A stretch of 37,315 bases of DNA from Phoronis australis (Eukaryota; Animalia; Phoronida): contig NMRA01001058.1 in assembly GCA_002633005.1 (NCBI GenBank), positions 24,930 through 62,244 on the forward strand, read 5' to 3'. Positions 11,974-23,837 of this stretch are shown here, one piece after another (the stretch's first letter is position 1; each line of letters begins with the position of its first letter). The notes under the pieces are model-generated. The model had not been told where the DNA came from, did no database searches, and saw nothing but the letters and a program-made list of their open reading frames with translations. The translations under genes and the position numbers were made by a program.

Positions 11974-12359
11974 TGCCAGGTTGCATGAAACATTCCCAAA
12001 TAGGGACTCAACTAAGTTCCCTAAATCTACTGCGTATTTATGGGCTTGTGAAAACACTGACTGTCCTTTCTTATAATGTTCGAGTTTCAGTGCTAAGTCA
12101 ATTTTTGACTTTGATACGAATCGAGAGTGAACTCTACGGGGAATTCCTTATATTTAAGTAGGGATCTTTACCTGCAACGTGCCTAATTTAAGGACTAAGT
12201 CCCTAACTATTTTGACTGAATTAAGGCCCCAGTATTTAGTTACATTATTAGAAATTGTTATTAGTCAAAGAAGAGCTGATAATGAGGATAAAATGATAGA
12301 TAAATATTACACCTGTGAGTAACAAAGGAAACAAATTAAAACATTTAAGCAACCCGGCA
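11974..12359 (+). mobile_element. MITE (PIF/Harbinger-like) with CTG target-site duplication
   Basis: TIRs TGCCAGGTTGC / GCAACCCGGCA, with CTG at 11971-73 and 12360-62. A second, split copy lies at 15057-15306 plus 25739-25917. Confidence 0.78.
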
Positions 12360-13045
12360 CTGGTCCTCGGGAAGGTTATTTTTGCAAAAAACAGTCTGAG
12401 TGTTGTAATTTATGCCTGAACATTACAATAATATGAACATTTACAAGTCACCTTACTGATAACTGCATGGTCTATTGAAATTTGTCTTTCAAATTACTCG
12501 GATGCGCCAAAACGGATTGTGAAAATGTTATACCTTTGTTTTCAAAAGCGCTACAAATAAACCATACTTCAGTAGGATTGAAAACAATGCCCATGTCCTG
12601 AAAGCTCAATCCTATTCGTCTAATCAGGATCAGGGTTATCGTATGCATAATAACAAATAACTATCATACAAAAACTGAACGAGATTTCCAATTTGGAATG
12701 TTGTAATCACATGTTTACCGTTGAGACGAGGTAAGGAGGTTATACCTGTGACTTCCATGAATTCCTAGCGGCGTAAAACAGTCAAAGCATTTCTAAAGTT
12801 GATATAACTAGACATCAAGAGTTCGAATTGTTTTCGTATTTTGAAAGTTTGAAGGACTTCTCTGATTTATTATATTCATAGATTCCTTGGAACGAAACTG
12901 AACCAAATCTGAACACATGCATTGACCAATGGATCAGAGAACTTGTTGAAAACAATAGCAGACTGGTCTCTGCTACTGAACAACCCTTACTGCACAGGTC
13001 ATAACACTGCAGAGGCACAATGGAGGAATTAAGCTAAGTTCTTAC

Positions 13046-13231
13046 CTGCGCATCCTGTATTTCTCGCCATTTCAAGCTCACCAGTGTATATACAAGTTGC
13101 CTCTAAGGAGTTGATCTGGTGGTCAAACCATTTCCCCTCTTCACACGTGTATGTAACACTACTTCCTTCTGATATGGTGGTTCCGACATTCGGAGCTGTA
13201 GCACCGTCTATCGCCAGTACGGTGCAGGCAG
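13046..13231 (-). CDS. Sushi/CCP domain exon C of a multi-Sushi gene (most 5' exon visible)
   Basis: 186 nt, phase 1-1, acceptor tacag| and donor G|gtaaga. Encodes ACTVLAIDG...VTYTCEEGKWFD...ATCIYTGELEMARNTGC with 4 Cys in CCP spacing; the canonical Trp is replaced by Leu. Confidence 0.85.
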
Positions 13232-13669
13232 CTGTACCTTTTGCGTGACACATAAAATAATGACAGATGGCTATGAATTTAGTCAATTGCTTGTATGAAA
13301 ACTAATTTAGAATATTAGTATTGAGTACTGCGAAACGGTCAATCAAATCGACCAACGAAGGTCAGTCTGATGCAGAGGAACGGCCTCATTTGCTGGTCCT
13401 TTATTGCCGCTAGAGTTACCTATTTTGTGGTGTACAGAAACTAGATATAAGTCTGACACTCATGGGAAACGTACGATTGATCAATAGCGAAAATCAGCGA
13501 CACGTAATTTATGCCTGAATTCTAAAATTGAGCTTGTCAGATAGACGCCACCTGAAAGACATGCGGTTTAACAGGTGGGGAAGTCGATGGTCACAAAAGG
13601 ATATTCAATTGATTATTAGACGTAACTATGTCTGTTTAATAGATGCGACAGGTGCAAATCTTACTGGAA

Positions 13670-15030
13670 GAACTTCAATCTATTTCTTGACGCTTCAACT
13701 TACCTTTCTCGAGATAATCGAGATTTATTGATTAAATGACCATATTCTTGTAGCCTTGGAGTTTCCTACATGTAGGTCTCTCATACTGTGCTACTGTTTC
13801 CGTTTTTGACTGATAGACATGACATTCGTAAAAATTATCTTACTAAGAGCTCGAGGCCTTCTGTTATATATCAAACTGTGACAGGAATTTACCAAAGTTT
13901 CGCTCGTTAATGACTACCTGAAATTTACTTTTGCTTTCCGATATTATGGACAGTTCTGTAGTTAATTAGAACCATCTCATAACTTTTTTGTCATTGGTTG
14001 AATTCTCGTGCCTTATCTCCGGCGTCCCTTGACGGATCTTTCTGGAATTTGGTATGTGGAAAGATCTCATCAAGAGCGACCTAAGCCTGCTATTCGTTTC
14101 TCTATTTGTTATTTGAAAGTTATTGACCAGATGACCGTTATTCTGTTGACCTATTCCTAGTTATTTGAGTTGGTCTATCATACACACACTACACTTTGCA
14201 TCTTTGGTCCGATAGAAATGAAATCTACATAGCCACGCATTCATCGTCAATGTTTTATCTTTACGACTATCGTAAGTTGCCAGTTTCGTTGTCATTGCCA
14301 GTTTTGTCCTCGGCGGTGTAAGGGGACCGCAGGGAAGCATAGAAGAACGTAACGTAAGTACTAGTATTGTTTTTTAACTCGAGGCTTGCAGTTTTGGCGC
14401 TAAATCGGACTAAACATGCTGTCGTTTTAATATTTTTTCTTTGGCAGGGCTCTGTTTCTGCCGTCATTGAATACGGATTCCGTTTCTAGCTACGCCCTAC
14501 TGTTCTTGAGCTTTTGAGATTTACCACTGGGTGTTTTTTATTTTTTCGCTTCTAGTGCTATGACTCCGGCGTCATTTGAGGAATCTGTCTGAAATTTAGT
14601 ATGTTATATTAATACATGTGTATTTTGTCACTTGCTAACACAAAATTTACAGCAAGATTTCTTGCTCCATCTTACCGTTCTTGAGTTACTCGAGATTTAC
14701 TTATGCCCTAGGCCTGACACTTATACAATTCTCAGGCATGACCATATGCACGAGTTCTATACGCGTCATGGTAGTCACATGCAACATCGACTAAGAAGTT
14801 TATACACAACATGTAGTTCAAGGCGTATTGCTTTTAGAGAAAGTTGCGCAAGCGGACCATTTTTTTAAATTTGTGCTTCGCTGAGCTCTATCTGCGCGGT
14901 CCTTTGAATGATCCATCTGAAATTTGGTATGTAGATAGATTTTGTCACAGGCTATCTAAAGTGTAGCTTCTCACTATAAATTAGATTCTCGAGATATTTG
15001 AAATTCTCCTGTCACTGTTCTTTTATCGTT
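13670..15030 (+). repeat. Degenerate tandem-core element (HINE-like remnant)
   Basis: Recurrent CCGGCGTC...TCTGAAATTTGGTATGT (~14020, 14566, 14891) and CTCGAGAT motifs; termini not identified. Confidence 0.5.
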
Positions 15031-15056
15031 TGACTTTTCATACCGTAGTAGTCCTG

Positions 15057-15306
15057 TGTCCGTTTGCACGAAACAGTTCTATATAGGGACTCAACCAAGT
15101 TCCCTAAATCTGCTGCGTATTTTTGAGATTGTGAAAACACTGACTGTACGTTTTTATACGGTTCGAGTTTCATTACTAAGTCAATGTTTGACTTTGATAA
15201 AAATCGAGAGTGACATTGAATTCTCCATATTAGTGAAAATAAGTAGGGATCTTTTCATGCAACGCCCTTAATTTAAGGACTAAGTTCCTAATTTTGACTG
15301 AATTAA
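15057..15306 (+). mobile_element. Left half of split Harbinger-like MITE
   Basis: Aligns with 11974-12224 and stops at GAATTAA. Confidence 0.85.
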
Positions 15307-18300
15307 CGTTATCTCGTACCTTTTTCACAAAAATGGCCATTTTTACAATATTTCACTTGTGTCTAGCAAAATACCTTATTTTCATTCTCGGGGAACTTCA
15401 AACACAAAATATATACCACGTAGCGAGAAAAAAAGATTTAGCAGAACCATCTTGGAACCGCACAACCGCGTGGATATTTGTTTACCGGTACTATTTATCC
15501 AAGGTCAAAAGTTAAAGGGCTTTCAATTAAATCGGATCTTCCGCCAGGTACAGAGCAGCTTCGTATACTCTCAGTCCTTTCATTCACAAAGTCGCAATAA
15601 CATTAACCAACGAGGTGTATATATGGTAGAATAGTGCCGGGGAAAACGAAGACAAAACGTAGTTTTGATTCTAAGGGAGTTGTGCGTCTACATGCATACG
15701 ACCGTTGGCGTAGACAATTAACATCGTCTCTATCCAGAATAGAGACGATGATCATGATGCTCCTATAGGAGCTCTATACGCCGGAAGCGTTTCGGCGAAT
15801 TATGCCTCGCACTGACTAAAACATCTAAGTCACGTTGTTACAAATACTTTTTGCGCATAGAGGGACACCTTACGAGGTTGTCGATGTGTTTTTAAATTTC
15901 CTTCCAACTCGAACAAATACTCCTTTTGGCGTTATCAAACTTTTTCTTCGAGCAGTCCCTGGTTCAGTTCCCAAAATCGTGAACTCACCATTTTCACTTA
16001 GTCTCCTGCACAGACCCTCGAGGTTGGTTGGGGTCTGCTACAGCGCACTTTTCCATATGCATTCTTGGAATATCATTGGCTGTTCCGATTTCAAGAAACA
16101 AACATTCTATTGGTCAGTTGAATAATAGGTCAAACTAGTTCACCAACATGGCGACTTCCAGTACGGGAAGAATGTCCATGGATATATAGCTGTTTAAATC
16201 TCTCTGTTCTCGTCAAACTCCCGCATTTCAAAGCTAACGAGTCAAGGAATATATCAGCAGTAACGTATATGAAACATTTAATGATAATTATTATCTTGTA
16301 TACTATGCTAAATTCTGAAGTGATGTGATTTTTTACGAAATAATTCGTGGAAGAGATGGCTGATTTCTAGGCCTAGGGGGATTAGGCCATTCACAACAAC
16401 AGTCATTTTAGGCACACTATAGCACCGAATAGCTGGAAAGGAGTAGCTAAGTGCGTCGTGGCCACGGGAAATTGCATCGATCTTTTCAGGGCACACCCTC
16501 TCGTATGTTAACATGTTCATGTACGTTATGTAAGCTCCCGTGATTACCGTGAAGGTTGAATTATTGGGTCAGATAAGGATATGTGCTGAAATACTGCTAT
16601 TCATGACATTGTCATTGTCATTGTAATGTATAGTACACTGGCACACTTGTCTCTACCCACAGAAGTTAGGAGCATAAAAATACAGTCAATGGTCCTAGAC
16701 ACTCAAACATTAACCAGTCTAGCAATAGTTTTATAATGACTGACATCGCTTTTGTCGGTGCCATTCAGCAGTGCCTCTGTCTCTGACTGCCATCCTACAG
16801 TCGTACAGAGTATTCAATTATTTCAGAGGGTGTTTGTTGGTGTGAAATTAGGATTAAACACACTCTTTTGTATAGTCAGCAAGATAAAACCTCACAATTT
16901 TTTGAGTTGGCACAGTTATTAAAACTGACCCATTTTGGTGAGAGCCTCAATAGAAGAATAAACTTTTCTGGTAACATAATTATGCAAAGTTATTATTTAC
17001 AGGGAATTGAATTTCAGCAAAAAGCTCTCTGGGCTGTATTCTTTTTAAAACAACAAAACCTCAGTTGCATATGAAACCTTCAGTGGTTTTGGTGCTAAAA
17101 TGGATCATTTTGTACAGACCAAAAAGTAAATATTTTTGTGTGGAATTTATTTGGAAATTCACCCTTTCATGGTGACTTTTGCAATTCCCGAGTCACTGGT
17201 CAGAGTGTCACATTTGGTCATATGAAATCTATGCAAGTCTCCTCTCTCCTGGACCCCGAATGGTCGACTGTTTCATTTTTTCTTTCCACGTTCACATTAT
17301 GTCAAGTGTTGTAGAGTTTGAAACAATCATCTATTGATATCAGTCTAATTGCAAAACAAGATCTCAGAACCATTCTAAAACATTCTGAAACTACTAAGGT
17401 TCGCTGTAATCAAAGCATCCTGGAGTTAGACATTGTAAGCAAGCGAACTTTAAAAACCTGGTTTGTTAAAATGACTACTAGTTGCAAAAACATCTCACAT
17501 TTCAAAATTGGGAGCTCAGGGTACTTCAAAGATTTTAAGCTGGGTCACTAAACCCAAATTTACAGTTTCTTGTGCGTTACTTGGGTGTAATTGCTGTCCA
17601 GTCAATAGTCACTCAATAGCAATCCAAATTTTGAGAACAAGTTTTAACGCCTGCTATTCATTGAAAAATAGGTTCCTGTTATACAGTAGAAAACACTGGT
17701 TTTGAGCAACATGCTAGTGTTTCATTCTTGTGATCTACATAATACAGCAGTGATTTTAGTCAACATTTCGGTCTTTTCGAACAGTTTTTCAAAATTACAA
17801 ATTTGACTCTTAATGAGGAGGCCTCCTCGTGGCAAGAGTTGGGCAGTGTGAAATGCTTCAGAACATTCGCACTGGCAAACACCCTCACGTTGACATCATT
17901 AATGTGTTCCTAGAAATAGTATAACCATAAGCTACAAAACACACAGCATGCCAAGAAATATATCAAACCATTGGGTACTTTATTTTGCTGATGTATTGAT
18001 TAGAAATATGGTTTAGTTTAGTGATAGACTGAAGTACGAAGTCTGGGCATTAACATAGCCGTGGGTGCACAACAGGGCTATCCCCTCCTCATTGCAAACC
18101 CTTCTCCTGATAGAAACTCATTTCAGTTTTATTCTTGCCTAGCTTCCCTGTCCCTGTCCCTGTCCCCTGTTCATGCAGGGCTTCCAAGTTGCCTCACATT
18201 ACAGTCATTGGTTGCCAACAATTTCAAGTTAAGCAACCTGTTGAATAATTCTGACTACACCGGTGCTGCTATGGGAATAGGTTACTAAAGACCCGACTGC

Positions 18301-20127
18301 CATTCAAGTTGCCCATTCCCTGCCTTGTGAAAGCATAAACCATTATGAAATTAACACCTGTGGCCTGGGTTTCAACTTTTCACTCAGAATTATTTTTGTT
18401 ATTTTCTATTCTAGTCTTGTTTGAACTTGAGATAAGTTTCTTTTATTCTATGTGTTTATTGATGTCAATTAATGATCTCAGCATTAGAGCTAAGAGTTCG
18501 AGTAAGAGGTTTTGCTAGAAATCTCGAGTTTTTACTCAAAATTTAGCTCGAATCTAGTGGTCATTAAGTACTATCTTGATCTCCCAAGAAAGTGGATTAG
18601 AAGTGACAAAACAATTTCGAGTTCGATTTGGATTGAAAGTTTCACTCTAGAGGTATATTCCCAAAACATGATTGCATAATCCCTTTTCAGGGTTTGAAAT
18701 CAATCCATACAAGACTGGGCTGGAATCTGTCTAGCCCAAAAAAGCATTTAAATATTATGTGGAGAATAATAAAACATCTGTACTAAACTGTGTTGAAAAA
18801 TGAACCCTTTTGAAGTTCCTTATCCACTAATTGTACCATTTTTCTAGCTGCTATTAACCCAACCTCTTTTTAGAATCGTCATGTAACAATATAAGATTGG
18901 TCTGGTACAAACAATGTTGTTTTTGGCCAAATTAGTTGCAAAAATCACAAGCACTCACATGAAGATTGGCATTGGATTTGGATACTAGTGTCTGATGTCA
19001 CTCTTCATGTGTGCGCTCGTGATTAGACTCTTGATCTCGTACTGTTCCTTACTGAGATCACATGTGGTATATTGGCTTCGGTTGAACTGATAGTTTGCTG
19101 AAGAACTGGTGCAATAACTATGGCTTTGAGCAATAACAAAGTTTGAATTCTTCCAAGTCCACTAAGGAACAAGTTGAGACAGGGATATATACAGGGCTTG
19201 GAATTTTCCTTTTTTGTTTTTATTTCCTCTTATTCGATTTCCAGCTTCTTTTTTATCATCATTTTTTGGCTAACTTGATTCATGCAAAAACATTTATTTC
19301 AGTTTAATTTTACAACACAAAAATATTTCTATCACACAAGCCTATTTGTGAAATGATAGATCACCTAAAAATTTTTCTACTTATAGTAATTCCAATTCTT
19401 GTATATAGTGGTAAGTTGTTCAGATCAAAATTTATTCTTTTTCACATAAGACGCATTTATAGCAACTTTAGGGATTTAATTCGAAGGAAATCTGGAAGCT
19501 AGAAGACACTATCTGATAAGCACATTCTGAAATAAAAATTGTGCTTGTACTTTCCAAGATGTTCAACACACATTGTTAGGTATAGGGATAGGGTTCTTTC
19601 CACCATCCTTGAGCTTTCAGAGTACCCTCCTAAAACCGATCCAAGGGAGTACTGACACAGGTTTATACAAGATACGACACTCAACTGGGTGATTTTTCTC
19701 AAACAATTTCTCTTCAAAATGGTTCTTGAAAAATTCCCTACCAAAGCAAACTTTTTCCCATGAACACAACGGGTTTCACTCTGGAAGTTAAAAACACTGC
19801 AAATGGTACCTTTTTCCTATTGCAAAAAGGGTTTTTTAAATACGATACCTGTATTTTTAAAACCTTGGACACCATACTCAGTTTTGACAACAGGAATCTC
19901 TGTGAGCCGACTTCTTCAAGGTTAATTGGTGAAAAAGACATCTGTCCAAGAATTACTACGAAAGGATTCAGTTGTTAGCGTTAGCTCTTATAAAAAGAGT
20001 GTGTATTTGAAACATTAGGCTACAATTTTATTGAAGTCCAAACCTCGTACCACAAACATAATGTTTTTTTAGCCACTGTCTAAATGGGTGGAGATTCTTC
20101 TAGTACCAGATGTGCACAAAACTAAAG

Positions 20128-20577
20128 GTTAGGGCCCATTTGGAACACCTCTCGGGTATTTTCGTAGCTACAAATTCACCCTCGGAACATCTGGAGCACC
20201 TCGGCTATTTTCCTATTTACATGTACAAATAATTTTTCTTAGAAACACTTCAGGTATTTTCGTAGCCTCAAATATCCTCTCGGAGATGAATGTTATCCAA
20301 AATATGGCAAGTCACATGATTTTCAATCTTGACAAAAATAGGGTAACTGAAGTCCGCACACATGCTGACAGCGTTCACCTATTAGGTGAAATTTGAGGTT
20401 ATGAAAACACCCGAGGTGTTCTGGATGCCCTTGGAAGATAATGTTTTCAGTGCATGCTCGAACTTTATGGCCAATCATTCACCACTAAGTTTGATAATCA
20501 CACAGGTTAAATTCACCTTCAATGAGAAGTTTGAGGCCCCGAATATACCCAAGGTGATCTGAATAGCTTAGGACCCT
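20128..20577. mobile_element. Degenerate MITE
   Basis: CACCTCGGGTATTTTCG-like units on the left are inverted to ACCCGAGGTG / ATACCCAAGGTG on the right. Confidence 0.5.
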
Positions 20578-20779
20578 CAAGTTGTGAAGGGTTCCACCTC
20601 AAAAAGGGAAATGGGGAAGAAAAAAATTAGTATTTCAACGAGGTGAGGGGTGTAGCTTGAGAATTTTGGCTACCCGGAGGGTCGAAAATTGTGTTGTTCT
20701 AGGAGGTGAAGACTGTGTAGGCTGCAAAGTGGTGGAAATTGAGTGCCAGCAGTGTTTACTGTAACACTGTACAAAGACG

Positions 20780-20938
20780 GATAGGGGGAAGGGGGGGATG
20801 CGGCAAGGGGGCCATGGCCCTGCCTAAATTCTCCCAGATTCCATTTGGTAGTTTGGGGGTGCAAATGTCTGACGGGCAAAATACTCTGCCCTTGCCCCAC
20901 CCCCTCCCCCCTAACTCAAAATCCTGGATCATCCCCTG
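20780..20938 (-). mobile_element. Short GC-rich MITE-like repeat
   Basis: Reverse complement CAGGGGATGATCCAGGATTTTGAGTT...GGGCCATGGCC matches 36339-36480. Confidence 0.75.
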
Positions 20939-22414
20939 CTGTAAGATCTTGCAGCAGGGGAGGGGCAATGAGGATTACGGATGTTTTCAATTCATAAAAA
21001 GCGTTCAAAAATGAAACTGAAAAATGCCAAGTGAAAAGAGTGAAGCCATTGTTAATTCAGGTTTGTTTTCCTAATAAGTAATCGATAATTACCTGATTTT
21101 ACTTCAGTTATTTGGTAATATCACAACATATTAACAGCTACCTCACCAGAGAGTTCCCACCGACCGCAAACGCGACCCAGTCGCAAAATAACTTTACTCT
21201 AGGGACACCTAGCGACCTGATAACGTAATACCGGATGCCAGCATGCGCAGAGCAAACTTCCTGGTTAAAAATTGCCAGCTGACAGCCAATGAAAACCATC
21301 GTTCTAGTGCGCTGTACCTGGGCCTTCACAAGCAATCCGTGACGTCAGCTTGTGAGGCCCGAGAACCAGGTTACATTTTCACTCTGCGCACGCTAAGAAA
21401 TATGACTTCATTCTTTGAACCAGGCCGAAGGTCAGAAGTTGCGGTCCTACCGGTGAAATCCCCGCCCACTGCGTGCTGCCGGGAACCAGTCGAACATTTG
21501 AAAGACTTGTTAGGATGTGGGCAGCGCACCATAGGGCCGGGCTGGAGGGGCTATAACACCCTTACTTTTTCAGTGGTGCGCCACCCATATAAGAACAATT
21601 AATTTTGCTGACGGCCAAATAACTTTCGGGGAGATAGTACCGGTTTTGTTATCCGTTAAGTAAAAACGATCTCCGTTCACTTACTTATTATGAACGTTAT
21701 TTATGGAAGGGCAGATTAAACGACGTTGAAATACTGTCCTTCGAAAATCGTGTTTGCATTAACATAACCCCAAATCCGCCAATGTGTAAATTTTGTGAGA
21801 CATGAAACATTGATGATAATACTTAGCTGATTTTCTGAATTGGAAACACTATCATGCGACCGTCAAATAATAAATGAGATTTTCCACAGACGTAGTAATG
21901 CGTGTAAAGTCACTTTGGTACCTTATGTTCACCGATGCCTCGCTAATACTCGTGTGATCTAAGTAGCTTTTATGTATTTTTTGTCTACCGAAAGCATGGT
22001 TTTAATAGTATCGTGGATTATGATATGTTTTCGCCAGTGAGTGTTTTGGAAAGTAAAAAAGCTAATTTTTGTAAGATTAAGGACTTTACAAAAGGGCCAC
22101 GGATTTTGCGTTAACCCAGTATCTATTAGTGGCTCTGCATTTGTTTCCTAAAAGACTGAGGATTCAATATGCGACTGAGTCTTAGCAGGCAATTTACTAC
22201 GAAATCGCCGGTACGCGGTCATCGTCCGCTAAATCGGGAGCGAATTTTTAGCAATCGGAGGGATTGGCCATTTTTAACAAAAGGCAAAAATGGCCAAACT
22301 CATTAGGACTAATAGAAGTTTTCAATGAAGCTGATCATGTATGCGAAAAATATTTTTGATAATTCTACAGAACAGTTTGAAAACAATATCACGTTGGAGA
22401 ATTCCTGTATTACT

Positions 22415-23837
22415 CACCACGTTGCTGTGCCTGCACATGAACAGATGTAGGCTGGTCCATTTCGACAAAAACTTTCGACGATATTCCCGATTGTACAGAA
22501 AGCAGCATAAGGAGAACAGGGGTGGGCACCAGTGGCCAAGATTCAAGTTGTTTAGATGACATAGTCCTGAATATTTGTAACAATATGGGGGCGGCAATTT
22601 CGAGCTGTAAACACAACTGTTCCCAAGTGAGTTTGGCCATTGATTCAGGCGCAAGATTTTCATTTGCAAGGGTTGCTTCTTTTCGCAAGGACTTTATTTT
22701 AATTTTCTTCTGACTTGATCACATGCATTATGATTTGGAGCATTGTATCCTTGCCCCTCTTTGGTCAAGAAAACGCCCTCAGGGCAACTGGTATATTGCT
22801 ATTTTCTAAATTTCTCCTTGCAACTGTCGCATGCCCTCGCTTAACTTCCATGGGTGTTGGTTTCTAAAATTACAAAATGGCATTTAGAATAGGCAAGTGG
22901 CACTGCGCAAAAGACATTGAAAGATAAGTTACGAATTTGGATAGGGCAGCTGAATTTTGAGCTCAATGCGTGCACCCAGCCTTTAAAATGGGGGGCTCGA
23001 CTTCCTGACGATGTGGACCTTTTACTAACAAAAAAGCGGGAGGACTAAATAAAAAAAACGGGGTACTACGTTCAGAGCTCTTAATTGTGCGTTTGTCCCT
23101 TTTTAGAGGACTTTCGTCACGTTTTTCACAGACTTCTTGTTTCTCTGAGGCAGACCTCTTTGCCCACTTCGCCAAATGGGGGAGGAGGGTCTCCTTCGAG
23201 CCCCCTGCCTGGGTGCGCGCATGATGTTTAGCTAATATATTTCATTAGCGAATGCCATTCACAAAAAGCGAAACTGCTTGGTTGTCATTTTGCCATTCAC
23301 AGGCATTTCAATAAAAATATAGCGCATTGCGTTTATTCACCTAGACACGGTCTCATGTGCACGGTCTCATTCTCATTTGATGCAGGCCAAATACCACAAC
23401 AGGAACTCATGCAGTGGCATGTAATTTAACCTGAAACGTGTAGTGAAGCTTACAGAAAACAACAACTTTGCATATAAGTATCTTTCTTTTTTTCTTGCCG
23501 ATAGATCATTGTCCGATTGCTGTTTTCTCTTTCTTTCTTCCTTTCTATCGACCTCTGCCTTTCCACAGAGATACGTTTCGTTCCGACCTTTGGATGTGAA
23601 AATCTGTTTCTACGCTTTAAGTTTTATTTGAGGTTTAACAATTCCCCCGAGACAAAAAACGAGTATAACCCAGCGCTTTCTCACAAACCGACTTTTGTCT
23701 TTATCGGGGAAGCAAATATACCTAAGTTTTCGCGTAACGCCGTCTACGGTTACGCCTCCGTATTTCAATGTCTTTAGGGGGTCCTTTTGGCTTTTTAAAG
23801 GTTCGTTGCAAGCCATGCAACGTCTCTCACCGTCCAT
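22415..23837 (-). pseudogene. Decayed, intron-containing putative transposase N-terminus (DUF6589/AcademH-type by recollection)
   Basis: First segment MDGERRCMACNE...SRFVRKRW is a CxxC zinc-finger-like motif with an eroded second pair. A second exon (acceptor at 22863, donor GTG|gtgagt ~22418) reads PESMAKLTWEQLCLQLEIAAPILLQIF...CFLYNRE...SLHLF with stops and frameshifts. No catalytic core found. Confidence 0.5.
22964..23223. mobile_element. MITE in the intron of the decayed transposase gene
   Basis: TIRs CAATGCGTGCACCCAG / CTGGGTGCGCGCATG; another copy starts at ~37284 (CATGCGCGCACCCAGG). Confidence 0.7.

Noticed and set aside
2551-13231. Dscam-style mutually exclusive splicing with docking/selector sequences
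   Set aside because: No conserved complementary intronic elements were seen; intron similarity is explained by recent duplication, and consecutive splicing is in frame.
20933-20960. 28-bp near-perfect palindrome CCCCTGCTGTAAGATCTTGCAGCAGGGG
   Set aside because: It overlaps a MITE terminus; more likely a transposon-end or repair footprint than an RNA gene or terminator.
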